DNA of 64,000 nucleotides from Gemmatimonadales bacterium (GCA_035623395.1 DASPTN010000086.1:22786-86785), one strand, 5' to 3'. Shown: positions 35,458 through 45,422, counted from the first letter of the stretch. The notes: generated by a model not told the origin, from the letters alone. Numbers and translations: made by a program.

Positions 35458-36996
35458 TCACGGCGCCGCCTGACGGCCGCCGGCGTGCAGCGCGGCGGCG
35501 AGCCGGCGGACGCCGGCCCGCAGCGCCTGCGGCGGGTAGCCGGCGTAGCCCAGCAGCAGGCCGCCGCGCCGCAAGGGCCGGATTGCGTACGACGAGAGCG
35601 GCGGAGCCTCGACGCCCTCGGCGAGCAGGCGCCGCGAGGTCGCCTGGTCGTCTACCCCGGGCGGCAGCCACGCCAGGGCCAGCATCCCCGCAGCCGTGTC
35701 GCCGAACAGGATCCGCTCCCCCAGCAGCTCGCGGCTGGCGGTCAGCAGCGCGTCGCGCCGCTCCTCGTAGAGGGCACGCATCCGCCGCACGTGCCGCGCG
35801 AAGTGACCCAGCGCGAGGAAATCCGTGAGCACCGCCTGCTCGATGCCGGGCGGCTGGCGGTCGCACAGCGCGCGAGCCTCGCCGAACGCGTCGACCAGCT
35901 CCTCCGGCACGATCAGGTAGCCCAGCCGCAGCCCCGGAAACACCGTCTTGCTGAAGGTGCCGACGTAGATGACGCGGCCGGCGTCGTCGAGGCCCTGCAG
36001 GCAGGGCAGCGGCCGGCTCGCGTAGCGGAACTCGCTGTCGTAGTCGTCCTCCACGATCCAAACGCCGCCGCCGGCGGCCCGGCGGAGCAGCTCCAGGCGG
36101 CGCGCCGCGCTCATCGTGATCCCGGTCGGGTACTGGCGTGACGGCGTGACGTAGACGAGCCGGGGAGCCGTCGTCCCGGCGGCGGCAGGCTGCAGCCCTT
36201 CGGCGTCGAGCCCGACCGGGACCACCCGGGCGCCGGCGGCCGCGAAGACGCCGCGGGCCGCTGGGTAGCCCGGATCCTCCAGCCACACCGCGTCGCCCGG
36301 ATCGATCAGCACGCGGGCCACGAGATCGAGTCCCTGCTGGGCGCCCGCCGTCACCACGATCTGCGGTGCCGTGCAGCGCGCACCTCGCGCCGCCGCGACG
36401 TACGCCGCAATGGCCTCGCGGAGGGGGCGATAGCCGTGCACGGACCCGTAGCCCGACAGCGCGGCACCGGCGCGGCGGGCACGACTGCCGAACAGCCGGG
36501 CCCACAAGCCCCAGGGAAAGGCGTCGAGCGCGGGGACGCCGGTCTGGAACGGACGCGCCGGCTCCACGAGGCTGCGGCCGGCGGCGATTGGAAGCCCGGA
36601 CAGCAGCGCGCTGCGCGCCGATACCGGAACGGGGCGCGGCGTCGACCGCGCCCGCGCCCGCTCCCGCGCGCTGCGAGGCGGTGCCGCCGTGCCGGTCCGG
36701 GCCGCCGGGACCGGGAGGTCGGGAAGCCGCTCGTTCACGAACGTCCCGGTGCGCGCCCGCGCGACCACGTAGCCTTCGGCCCGGAGCTGGGCGAGAGCGC
36801 CGTTTACGGTGTTGCGCGAGACGCCGAGATCGGAGGCGAGTACGCGCGTGCCCGGAATGTGCGATCCGGGCGCCAGCCGCCCGCCGACGATCGCCTCGCG
36901 AAGCGAGTCGCAGATCTGCCGGTACGCGGGCGCCGCGGTCCCGCTATCCACCTGCACCAGCGTCGCCGGGGCGCTCGAGGCCAGCCGCGGACTCAC
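35458..36996 (-). CDS. MocR/PdxR-type regulator (GntR HTH fused to class I aminotransferase-like domain)
   Basis: ORF 35458..36996(-) with a GTG start. The N-terminal wHTH is YRQICDSLREAIVGGRLAPGSHIPGTRVLASDLGVSRNTVNGALAQLRAEGYV. A long linker follows. The AAT-like domain contains YVGTFSKTVFPGLRLGY (PLP Lys). Confidence 0.85.
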   Translation of the reverse strand: MSPRLASSAPATLVQVDSGTAAPAYRQICDSLREAIVGGRLAPGSHIPGTRVLASDLGVSRNTVNGALAQLRAEGYVVARARTGTFVNERLPDLPVPAARTGTAAPPRSARERARARSTPRPVPVSARSALLSGLPIAAGRSLVEPARPFQTGVPALDAFPWGLWARLFGSRARRAGAALSGYGSVHGYRPLREAIAAYVAAARGARCTAPQIVVTAGAQQGLDLVARVLIDPGDAVWLEDPGYPAARGVFAAAGARVVPVGLDAEGLQPAAAGTTAPRLVYVTPSRQYPTGITMSAARRLELLRRAAGGGVWIVEDDYDSEFRYASRPLPCLQGLDDAGRVIYVGTFSKTVFPGLRLGYLIVPEELVDAFGEARALCDRQPPGIEQAVLTDFLALGHFARHVRRMRALYEERRDALLTASRELLGERILFGDTAAGMLALAWLPPGVDDQATSRRLLAEGVEAPPLSSYAIRPLRRGGLLLGYAGYPPQALRAGVRRLAAALHAGGRQAAP

Positions 36997-37124
36997 CGGG
37001 AGGCCATCGTGCTGGTACCATCATACGTTCGAATCTGGATCTTTTCGTAGTACCACATGAACCCTAACTTAACCCGGTCGGCCGTCGTCACCAGAGCCCG
37101 CGCCAAGCCGGAGGATGTGAGCCG

Positions 37125-38051
37125 ATGAGTGCGAACCCGTCCGCAGACCGGGCGTCGCTGCCCGCCCATGCCGTCATTGTCGCCCATCCGGAGCGCGACC
37201 GGACCGCGGATGCGCCGCGCATCCTCGCGGCCGGGTTCGTCGCGCACGTCGGCTTCATGGATGGCGGGCGGCCCGTGGTGATCCCGATGACCTATCAGTT
37301 CTCCGCGGACGAGCCGCGCCGGCTGTACCTGCACGGCGGCGTGAACGGGCGGCTGATGAAGCACCTCGCCACCGGGGCGCCGGTGTGCGTGACGGTCACC
37401 GAGCTCGACGGCCTGGTGTACTCGCGGACCGCGCTGAACCACTCGGTCAACTACCGGTCGGTGGTGATGTTCGCGCGCGCGTCCTCCGCGCAGCCCGGCG
37501 AGGCGGAGCGGGAGCGCGTCCTCGCGGCCATGATCGCGCGGTACTTCCCGGGCCGCACACCTGGCGTGGACTACCAGGCCCCGACGCCCGCGCAGCTCGA
37601 GGCCACGGCGATGGTGGCGTTGGAAATCGAGGAGTGGAGCGCCAAGGTGCGCGACGCCGGTGCGAACGGGCCGGGCGACGACGATCCGGCGCGCCCCGGA
37701 AGCGCGGGCGTGATTCCGTTGGACCGCTCTCGCGCAGTGCCCCGGCGCTCCGCGGCGCAGCGGCATTTCGCCGTGCGGCTGCTCCACGGGCCGGCGTGGG
37801 ACGCCGCGCTGCCCCTGCGGTCCCAGGCCGGATGGGCCGAGCACGCGGCGTTCATGGACCAGCTCGTGGCGGACGGATTCATCGCGCTGGGCGGCCCGCT
37901 GGCCGGGGACGAAGCCGTGCTCCTCGTGATTGCCGCCGGGAGCGAGGGCGAGCTTCGGTCCCGCCTGGGCGCGGATCCCTGGCACCGTTCCGGCCATCTC
38001 CGCATCGAGCGCGTGGAGCCGTGGCAGGTCCTGCTCGACGGCCGGAGCTGA
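37125..38051 (+). CDS. pyridoxamine 5'-phosphate oxidase-like FMN-binding domain fused to YCII-like domain
   Basis: ORF 37125..38051(+). The N-terminal ~190 aa (GFVAHVGFMDGGRPVVIPMTY...RLYLHG...VCVTVTELDGLV) fits the split-barrel PNPOx family. The C-terminal ~95 aa (FAVRLLHGPAWD...HAAFMDQLVADGFIALGGPL...DPWH) fits YCII/DGPF-like proteins by eye. Confidence 0.7.
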   Translation: MSANPSADRASLPAHAVIVAHPERDRTADAPRILAAGFVAHVGFMDGGRPVVIPMTYQFSADEPRRLYLHGGVNGRLMKHLATGAPVCVTVTELDGLVYSRTALNHSVNYRSVVMFARASSAQPGEAERERVLAAMIARYFPGRTPGVDYQAPTPAQLEATAMVALEIEEWSAKVRDAGANGPGDDDPARPGSAGVIPLDRSRAVPRRSAAQRHFAVRLLHGPAWDAALPLRSQAGWAEHAAFMDQLVADGFIALGGPLAGDEAVLLVIAAGSEGELRSRLGADPWHRSGHLRIERVEPWQVLLDGRS

Positions 38052-38198
38052 GCGGGATGGGTGGCCCCGCGTGGCTCCCGATGGTTGCGCCAGGAGATGC
38101 CGAGGCGTCTTCCTGACCCGCGGCTCCGGGCGGAGCCGCCGCGTCGCCCGCCCGGTTAGGTTTCGCGACGTGCGGCTCCCCCCGACCCGGAGACCCCG

Positions 38199-38720
38199 AT
38201 GCCCGACCTGCAATACCCGGTAGGCCGTTTCACCAAGCCGACCACGCTGGCGCCGGCGCAGCGCGCCGAGTGCATCGAGCAGATCGCGGCGGCGCCGGGC
38301 CTGCTGCGACGCGCCGTGGCGGGACTCGACCAACGGCAACTGGACACGCCGTACCGGCCCGGCGGCTGGACGTTGCGGCAGGTGGTGCACCACGTCCCCG
38401 AGAGCCACATGAACGCGTACGTTCGCGTCAAGCTCCTGCTCACGGAAGACGTGCCGACGATCAAGCCCTACGATCAGGCGAAATGGGCCGAGACGCCGGA
38501 CACCCGCGCCCCGATCGAGGTGTCGCTGACGCTGCTCGCGGCGCTGCACGAGAAATGGACGCTGCTGCTGCGGGGCATCGGCCCGGAGGCCTTCGCGCGG
38601 CGCCTCAACCATCCCGAGAACGGCCCCATGACCCTCGATGACGTGGTCGCGATGTACGCCTGGCACGGCCGCCACCACACGGCGCACGTGACCGGGCTGC
38701 GCGAGCGGATGGGCTGGTGA
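38199..38720 (+). CDS. DinB/YfiT-family metal-dependent hydrolase/thiol transferase
   Basis: ORF 38199..38720(+). The sequence GGWTLRQVVHHVPESHMNAYVRVKL...AWHGRHHTAH carries the His triad of the YfiT/BstA type. Confidence 0.8.
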   Translation: MPDLQYPVGRFTKPTTLAPAQRAECIEQIAAAPGLLRRAVAGLDQRQLDTPYRPGGWTLRQVVHHVPESHMNAYVRVKLLLTEDVPTIKPYDQAKWAETPDTRAPIEVSLTLLAALHEKWTLLLRGIGPEAFARRLNHPENGPMTLDDVVAMYAWHGRHHTAHVTGLRERMGW

Positions 38721-40081
38721 GACGCGCCGCCCGCGCCGGGTTGCCCGCGGTCGGGCTGCTGGTGCTGGTGGCCGCCGCGGCGCGCGTGACGACGGCGCAG
38801 GAGCCGCCCGAGCGCGAGGCGGCCGTGATCCGGGAGGCGTTCCTGCACGCCTGGAACGGTTACGAGCGTTACGCGTGGGGCCACGACGAGCTGCTGCCGC
38901 TCTCGCGCGGCCATCGCGACTGGCATCCGGCGTCGCTGCTCATGACGCCGGTCGATGCCTACGACACGATGCTGCTGATGGGGCTCACGGACCAGGCGGC
39001 CCGCGCCAAGACGCTGATCCTCGATTCGCTTTCGTTCGACCGCGACTTCTCCGTCCAGGTCTTCGAGATCACGATCCGGCTCCTCGGCGGACTGCTCAGC
39101 GCCCACCAGATGGACGGCGACCCGCGGTTCCTGGCTCTCGCCCGGGACCTCGGCAATCGCCTCCTGCCGGCGTTCGGCTCGCCGACGGGCATGCCGTATC
39201 GGTTCGTGAATCTGCGGACGGGCGCCGTGAGCGGGCCGGTGAGCAATCCGGCCGAGGTCGGCACCCTGATGCTGGAGTTCGGCACGCTCTCCAGGCTCAC
39301 GGGCGAGCCGCGGTTCTACGACGCCGCCAAGCGCGCGATGGTCGCGCTGTACCGGCGCCGCTCGCCCGTGGGTCTGGTGGGCAGCACGATCGACGTGCGC
39401 ACGGGCGCGTGGATCGACACGGACAGCCACGTCAGCGGCGGCATCGACTCGTACTACGAGTACCTGCTCAAGTCGTGGCTGCTGTTCCGGGACGCGGACT
39501 TCCGGCGGATGTGGGACAGCAGCATCGCGGCCGTGAACCGCTACCTCGCCGACCAGCGCCCGGACGGCCTGTGGTACGGCCACGCGGACATGGACACCGG
39601 CGCGCGCACGGCGACGCACTACGGCGCGCTCGACGCCTATTTCGCCGCCGTCCTCGCCAAGAGCGGCGACACCGTGCGGGCCGGGAGGCTGATGGGTTCG
39701 ATTTTCCGGATGTGGACGACGTTCGGCATCGAGCCGGAGGAGCTGGACTACGTCACGATGCGGCCGGTGTCGGAGGGGTACGAGCTGCGGCCCGAGGCAC
39801 TCGAGTCGGCGTACTACCTGTCTCGGATCACCGGCGACGCGCGGTACCGCGCGATGGCGAGGACGATGCTGGACAGCCTGTTCCACTACACCCGCGCGGA
39901 GACCGGATTCTCGGCGCTGGCGAGCGTCGTGACCAGGGAGCGCCGCGACCGGATGGAGAGCTACTTCCTCGCCGAGACGCTGAAGTACGCGTACCTGCTC
40001 TTCGCGCCGCCGTCCACCCTGGACTTCGACGCGGTGGTCTTCAACACCGAGGCGCACCCGCTCCGGCGCACCTGGCCGTAG
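38717..40081 (+). CDS. glycoside hydrolase family 47 (class I alpha-1,2-mannosidase-like), secreted
   Basis: ORF 38717..40081(+). Its GTG overlaps the upstream stop. A signal peptide is present. GH47 hallmarks are AFLHAWNGYERYAWGHDELLP, FEITIRLLGGLLSAH, VGTLMLEFGTLSRLTGEPRFYD and ESYFLAETLKYAYLLF. Confidence 0.85.
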   Translation: MRRAARAGLPAVGLLVLVAAAARVTTAQEPPEREAAVIREAFLHAWNGYERYAWGHDELLPLSRGHRDWHPASLLMTPVDAYDTMLLMGLTDQAARAKTLILDSLSFDRDFSVQVFEITIRLLGGLLSAHQMDGDPRFLALARDLGNRLLPAFGSPTGMPYRFVNLRTGAVSGPVSNPAEVGTLMLEFGTLSRLTGEPRFYDAAKRAMVALYRRRSPVGLVGSTIDVRTGAWIDTDSHVSGGIDSYYEYLLKSWLLFRDADFRRMWDSSIAAVNRYLADQRPDGLWYGHADMDTGARTATHYGALDAYFAAVLAKSGDTVRAGRLMGSIFRMWTTFGIEPEELDYVTMRPVSEGYELRPEALESAYYLSRITGDARYRAMARTMLDSLFHYTRAETGFSALASVVTRERRDRMESYFLAETLKYAYLLFAPPSTLDFDAVVFNTEAHPLRRTWP

Positions 40082-40091
40082 CGCGGCCGGG

Positions 40092-41348
40092 TCAGGTCGC
40101 TGCTGGATCCATCATCCGGCCGATGAACAGGATCGTGCCCGAGAACCGCTCCCGGATCGCGAACAGGAACGGGCGGTCGATGACGATGGCTTGAGGGGCG
40201 ACCGTGGCGCCGAAGCCGACCGACGTGGCCGCTGCGGCCTCCGTCCCCTCCTCGTTCACTTCGACGTACGTCTTGTGCCTCACCTCGCTGATGAACAGGT
40301 CCCGCTCCGCGCGGATCTTCGTGAAGTCCGCGCAATCGGGAACGGCCGGACACCCGACGAACGCCACCCCCATCCCCAGGCCCGCCAGCACGTCGTTCAT
40401 CTTCAGCGCGTACTGCATCTTGAACTTCGGCAGGACGACCTCGGTCCTCACGGAGTCGAGGCCGGCGATCCACGCATCCCAACGCTCGAGCGTGAGGCCG
40501 GAGAGAAGTGAATCCATGCCGGCGGCGTCCCGGGGCATGACGATGGTCATGCTGTAGGCTCCGCCACCGTACCGCAGGTCGAGCACCTGTACGGCGGCGT
40601 CTCCGGCGACCCGGACCCAGGCCCCGCTTGCGTACCGCATCATCGGTACGGACACGGCGCTTCCGTCGGAGCGCGTGAACGTCTCCGGCGCCGTGCGGCT
40701 CGGGTCGAACTCGGTCACCCACGCGCCCTTGAAGTAGACGGCGTTGATCAGGTACATGACCATGCCGTCGGGAATCGGGTCGGAAACGATGGAGGTGATC
40801 TTGCCCCGCGTCTGCGCGCTCACCCACCCGTTGATCGTGGAGGCCGCCGTGGACGAGGTGAAGTCCAGAGCGCGCACGGCCGCGTCGAAGTAGGCCTGGC
40901 AGGTGTCGAGGAACGCCTGCTGGAACGTGTAGTCCTGACGGTACCAGATCGAGTTCGCGAGAGTGAAGTCCACGCGCGGGTCCAATCCGCGCAGCAGGTC
41001 GATCACGCCCCGATATGCCTGGTTCACCTCGCTCAGGGACATGCCGTCGAAACCGAGGACGCTCTGCATCGCGGCCTGCGTCGTTCCCGCAGCGCCGTTG
41101 TAGGCCATCCCGAGCGCCATCCCCACGCTGAGCGGCGAGATGAACAGGTTGGAGTCGCCGCTCGATCGCGCGGCGACCGCGCGAAACAGTCCGAACGCGA
41201 AGTCGTTGCCGCGCGAGACGAGCTGCGTCTCCGACGGCGTGAGGTCGCGCGGCAGGCCGGCGATCGGCCCGGTGACGGCACCGGGCTCGGCGCAGCCTGC
41301 GGTTGCGACGAGGCCGGCAGCGGCGACGAACGAACGGAAACGGCTCAT
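40092..41348 (-). CDS. serpin family protease inhibitor (lipoprotein)
   Basis: Starts at MSRFRSFVAAAGLVATAGCA (ATG 41348) within ORF 40092..41399(-). It contains NLFISPLSVGMALGMAYNGAAGTT. The hinge and reactive-centre loop is EVNEEGTEAAAATSVGFGATVAP, followed by DRPFLFAIRE. Confidence 0.85.
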   Translation of the reverse strand: MSRFRSFVAAAGLVATAGCAEPGAVTGPIAGLPRDLTPSETQLVSRGNDFAFGLFRAVAARSSGDSNLFISPLSVGMALGMAYNGAAGTTQAAMQSVLGFDGMSLSEVNQAYRGVIDLLRGLDPRVDFTLANSIWYRQDYTFQQAFLDTCQAYFDAAVRALDFTSSTAASTINGWVSAQTRGKITSIVSDPIPDGMVMYLINAVYFKGAWVTEFDPSRTAPETFTRSDGSAVSVPMMRYASGAWVRVAGDAAVQVLDLRYGGGAYSMTIVMPRDAAGMDSLLSGLTLERWDAWIAGLDSVRTEVVLPKFKMQYALKMNDVLAGLGMGVAFVGCPAVPDCADFTKIRAERDLFISEVRHKTYVEVNEEGTEAAAATSVGFGATVAPQAIVIDRPFLFAIRERFSGTILFIGRMMDPAAT

Positions 41349-41515
41349 GATCGCTCCCGGTGGCGCGGACGGTGGGCGAAGGCGGACCGGCGGCGCCACG
41401 GTCCCGGGAGGTAGACCCCGGGGCCAGCGGCTTCCGTCACACGGTCAAGCTCCGGGCGAGCGAATCGGGATGGCGGCCGCCGCGTGCCGCCGCGTACGGC
41501 GGGGTGGTGCGGCGG

Positions 41516-43084
41516 CTACGGCTGGCGCCACGCGCAGGCGTCGCGCGCGATGAACGCGTCGGCGGCCCCCGGACCCCAGGAGCCGGCCACGTAGTTGGGG
41601 AAGTCGGCGGGCGGCTCCGAGGCCCACGTCTGGACGATGGGGTCCACCAGGGCCCAGGCGGCCTCCACCTGGTCGCTCCTGGCGTAGAGCGTGCCGTCGC
41701 CGACCATCGCGTCGAGCAGCAGCGTCTCGTAGGCCGAATGGTCGGTGGCGCCGAAGGCGCTGGAGTAGCTGAAGTCCATCTGCACGGACGTCGTCTTCAC
41801 GTCGACGCCCGGCACCTTGATCTCGAAGCAGAGCGAGATGCCCTCGTTCGGCTGGATGCGGATGACCAGCGAGTTGGCCGTGAAGGAGCGACCGCCGTTC
41901 GGGAACATCAGGTGTGGCGGGCGGCGGAACTGGATCGCGATCTCGGTCGCGCGCCGGGCCATCCGCTTGCCGCTCCTGACGTAGAAGGGCACGCCCTGCC
42001 AGCGCCAGTTGTCCACCAGGAAGCGCACGGCCGCATAGGTCGGCGTGGCAGAGTCCGGCGCGACGCGGTCCTCTTGCCGGTAGCCCGGCACGGCGGTGCC
42101 GTCGATCGCGCCGGGCCCGTACTGGCCCCGCACCGCGAACTCGTCGACGCTGGCCGGCGTGATCGGGCGGATGGCCCGCAGCACCTTCGCCTTCTCGTCC
42201 CGCACCTCCTCGGCGCGGAACGCCACCGGCGGCTCCATGGCGGTGAGCGCGAGGAGCTGGAGCAGATGGTTCTGGAACATGTCGCGGACCACGCCGGCCT
42301 GCTCGTAGTAGCCCGCCCGGTGCTCAACGCCCACGGTCTCGGCGGCCGTGATCTGCACGTGATGGACGTGCTGGCGGTTCCAGATCGGCTCGAAGATCGA
42401 GTTGGCGAACCGCAGCACCAGGAGGTTCTGCACCGTTTCCTTGCCAAGGTAGTGATCGATCCGGTACACCTGATGCTCGGCCAGGCGCTTCAGCACGACC
42501 TGGTTCAGGGCGCGCGCGGTCTCGAGGCTCGAGCCGAACGGCTTCTCGATGATGACCCGAGCCCAGGGCCGCTGCGCGGGGTCTTCGATCCGCGGCACGA
42601 GGCCGGTGGCCGAGAGGTGCTCGACCGCCGTGCCGTAGACCGACGGCGGCAGGGCCAGATAGAACAGCCTGCCGCGCGGCCGCCCGCTCTCCCGCTCGAA
42701 CTCGGCGACGCGCGCGCTCACCGCGGCGAAAAACGCCGGGTCGGTCATGTCCCCCTGGACGTAGTGGATGCGCTGCGCGAAACGGTCCCAGCGCTGGTCC
42801 GGCACGTGAACGACTTCCTCGGAGTCGGCGATCGCCTGTCGCATCCTGTCGCGGAAGCCCTGGTCCGTGAGTTCCTCGCGGGCGGCGCCGACGACCGAGA
42901 AGTCGTCGTGCAGCAGCCCGTCGTGCAGGAGGTGGAACAGGGCCGGCATCAGCTTGCGGCGCGTGAGATCGCCCCCCGCGCCGAGGATGACGGCGGTACA
43001 GGGATCGCCCTTCTTCAAGGGCTCGGCGGGAGACGGCAGCTTCTCGCTGAGGCGCAGCGGCACCGCCAGGGAAGGAGCGGTCAC
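41516..43084 (-). CDS. zwf: glucose-6-phosphate dehydrogenase
   Basis: ORF 41516..43084(-) with a GTG start. Motifs are ILGAGGDLTRRKLMPALF and RIDHYLGKE. Confidence 0.95.
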   Translation of the reverse strand: MTAPSLAVPLRLSEKLPSPAEPLKKGDPCTAVILGAGGDLTRRKLMPALFHLLHDGLLHDDFSVVGAAREELTDQGFRDRMRQAIADSEEVVHVPDQRWDRFAQRIHYVQGDMTDPAFFAAVSARVAEFERESGRPRGRLFYLALPPSVYGTAVEHLSATGLVPRIEDPAQRPWARVIIEKPFGSSLETARALNQVVLKRLAEHQVYRIDHYLGKETVQNLLVLRFANSIFEPIWNRQHVHHVQITAAETVGVEHRAGYYEQAGVVRDMFQNHLLQLLALTAMEPPVAFRAEEVRDEKAKVLRAIRPITPASVDEFAVRGQYGPGAIDGTAVPGYRQEDRVAPDSATPTYAAVRFLVDNWRWQGVPFYVRSGKRMARRATEIAIQFRRPPHLMFPNGGRSFTANSLVIRIQPNEGISLCFEIKVPGVDVKTTSVQMDFSYSSAFGATDHSAYETLLLDAMVGDGTLYARSDQVEAAWALVDPIVQTWASEPPADFPNYVAGSWGPGAADAFIARDACAWRQP

Positions 43085-43132
43085 GATGTCCTCGACGGTG
43101 CGATCGGGCCGGGTCTCATGCGTGCTCCTCCA

Positions 43133-43738
43133 TCAGACGGCGACGCCCAGCGCGGCCAGGTCCTGCCGGAGCCGCCCGGCGCCGGTGTAGCGGATCGCGC
43201 GCATCCCGAGCGCGCGCGCCGGCGGCAGGTTCTGCTCGCGGTCGTCGATCAACACCGCGCGCGCCGGCTCCGCCTGCGACATCGCCAGCGCCAGCTCGTA
43301 GATCCGGCGCGCCGGCTTGGCGACTCCCAGCCAGCAGGAGCTGAAGAACGCCGTGAAGATCGGCGCCAGACCGAAGTGTCTCAGCCGGTGGGCGTTCAGT
43401 TCCGCCGACTCGTTGTTGATCGTCGCCAGGCGATAGCGCCCCGTGGCGGCGAGTGCGGCCGCCACCGCCACGGTCTCGGGGTTCGGGCGGCTCTGGGCGA
43501 ACATGAAGGCCTTGAAGTCCACGGGCCCGTATGGCCTCGGCACGTCGAAGACCGTGCACTCCAGGTACTCGTCCAGCGACAGACGCCCTTCCTCCCAGCG
43601 GCCGACGACCTCGCGGTGCCGCCGGTCGAAGTCGTCCCCGTCGAGGCGGAACTTCTGCACCGCGAGCGCGCGGGCCTCGGCGCCCCACCCGCTGCTGCCG
43701 AGCACGCCGCCGACGTCGAAGAACAGGTGCGTGATCAT
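43133..43738 (-). CDS. HAD-superfamily hydrolase
   Basis: Starts at MITHLFFDVGGVL (DxDxT-like motif I) within ORF 43133..44497(-). The ATG overlaps the glk stop (ATGA). Confidence 0.8.
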   Translation of the reverse strand: MITHLFFDVGGVLGSSGWGAEARALAVQKFRLDGDDFDRRHREVVGRWEEGRLSLDEYLECTVFDVPRPYGPVDFKAFMFAQSRPNPETVAVAAALAATGRYRLATINNESAELNAHRLRHFGLAPIFTAFFSSCWLGVAKPARRIYELALAMSQAEPARAVLIDDREQNLPPARALGMRAIRYTGAGRLRQDLAALGVAV

Positions 43739-44709
43739 CGCGCGGCGCACGCCGCGGCACCGAGCAGGCCGACGTCGGGGCTCGTGATCACGTGGATGGG
43801 GATCCGCGCCGCCAGGTCCGAGAGCCGTCCCTGGTGGCGGAACGCAGCGATGAAGCCGCCGTCCTTGAGCTTCGGGACGATGCGGGGAGCGATGCCCCCT
43901 GCCACGTACACCCCGCCCGTCGCCAGCACCGTCAGGGCGAGACTGCCGGCCTGCTCGCCGTAGACGGACGCGAAGATGTCCAGCGCCTTCACCGACAGGG
44001 CATCGTCCTTCGCGACCGCGTGCCGCGTGACCACGGCGGCCGGATCCTCCGCCTCCATCTCGCGCCGCACCTGCGACTGCTCGGCTGCGAAGCGCGTCGC
44101 GGCAAGGTACTGGTAGACCCGGGCGAGGCCGGAGCCGGACAGGATGCGCTCGTAGGAGACGTGCCCGAACTCGTCGAGCAGCGTGTTCCGCAAGCCCCAT
44201 TCGATCGCGTCGCGCGCGGCGAAGGCGACGTGCCCTCCCTCGGAGGAGTGCACGCGGTACCGGTCCCCGTCCCAGACCAGGAACCCCTGGCCGAGGCCCG
44301 TGCCTGCCCCGATGAGCGCGATGGTGCCGTGCGGCGCCGGCACGCCGGCTTGGAGCGTGACGAGGTCGGGGGGGCCGAGCAGGCCGACGCCGTAGCCGAC
44401 GGCCTCGAAGTCGTTGATGATCGTCGTGGCGGTGATCCCGATCTCGCCGGCGAGCGCGCGGGCGCTCACGGTCCACGGCAGGTTCGACGTCCGGCACTCG
44501 CCGTCGACCACGGGTCCGGCGATGCCGAAGCAGGCACGCTCGGGCGGCGGCCCGGCCTCGTCGAGGAAGCGGCGCACGATCGGACCTAGGGTCGGGGCGC
44601 TGCGGCTCGGGTAGCGCTGCTCGTGAACGATACGGGCGGTGGCGCCCGTCACCTCCACCACGGCGAGCCGTGCATTGGTGCCGCCGACGTCTCCGGCCAG
44701 GACCTTCAC
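43735..44709 (-). CDS. glk: glucokinase
   Basis: GTG 44709 (VKVLAGDVGGTNARLAVV) within ORF 43735..45357(-). The sequence is ROK-less Glk-type throughout (INDFEAVGYG...GTGLG...GGVYVAGGI). Confidence 0.9.
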   Translation of the reverse strand: MKVLAGDVGGTNARLAVVEVTGATARIVHEQRYPSRSAPTLGPIVRRFLDEAGPPPERACFGIAGPVVDGECRTSNLPWTVSARALAGEIGITATTIINDFEAVGYGVGLLGPPDLVTLQAGVPAPHGTIALIGAGTGLGQGFLVWDGDRYRVHSSEGGHVAFAARDAIEWGLRNTLLDEFGHVSYERILSGSGLARVYQYLAATRFAAEQSQVRREMEAEDPAAVVTRHAVAKDDALSVKALDIFASVYGEQAGSLALTVLATGGVYVAGGIAPRIVPKLKDGGFIAAFRHQGRLSDLAARIPIHVITSPDVGLLGAAACAAR

Positions 44710-45422
44710 GGTACCGTGCTCCTCAGTCGCCCGGCGGCCGCGTGGTCGACGAACCAGACGCCGCCGCGGGCCAGTTGAATCGGGAGGTCGCGCGGCTCGA
44801 GCGGTCCCTCGAGCGCCCGCGCCAGCGTGGCCGCTTTGCCCTCGCCGGCGACCAGCACCACGATCCGGCGCGCCGCGGCGATCACCGGAGGCGTGATGGT
44901 GAGGCGGTCGACGGGCGGCTTGGGCCCCGTCACCGGGACGACGCGCCGGACACGCTCCGCGCAGGCGGGCGAGCCGGGGAACAGCGACGCGGTGTGGCCG
45001 TCGGCCCCCATGCCGAGGATCAGGATGTCCAGGCGATCGGGCAGCGCGGCCGCGTACTCCCGCGCGGCGGCATCGCGGTCGGGCCGCTCGGCCTCGAGCC
45101 GATGCACCCGGGACGCGGAGACCGGATCCCTGCCGAGGAAGGCTGCCACGGCCATCCCGTAGTTGCTGTCCGGATCGTGCGGCGGCACGGCACGTTCGTC
45201 CCCGAAGAAGACGTCCACGTCGCTCCAGCGGATGCGGGACGCGCGGGGGTTCCCCGCAAGGCACTCGTACACCGGCCGCGGCGTCCCGCCGCCCGACAGG
45301 GCGATGGCGCAATGCCCCGACCCGCGGAGATCGGATTCGAGCGCGGCGGCGATCCACTCCGCGGCCGCGGCGGCGAAACGCGCGGCCGGCTCGACGTGGA
45401 GCTCAAGGGTGGGGACGCTCAC
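44706..45422 (-). CDS. pgl: 6-phosphogluconolactonase
   Basis: GTG 45422 within ORF 44706..45698(-). Motifs are ALSGGGTPRPVY, FFGDERAVPPHDPDSNY and LGMGADGHTASLFPG. Confidence 0.85.
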   Translation of the reverse strand: MSVPTLELHVEPAARFAAAAAEWIAAALESDLRGSGHCAIALSGGGTPRPVYECLAGNPRASRIRWSDVDVFFGDERAVPPHDPDSNYGMAVAAFLGRDPVSASRVHRLEAERPDRDAAAREYAAALPDRLDILILGMGADGHTASLFPGSPACAERVRRVVPVTGPKPPVDRLTITPPVIAAARRIVVLVAGEGKAATLARALEGPLEPRDLPIQLARGGVWFVDHAAAGRLRSTVP

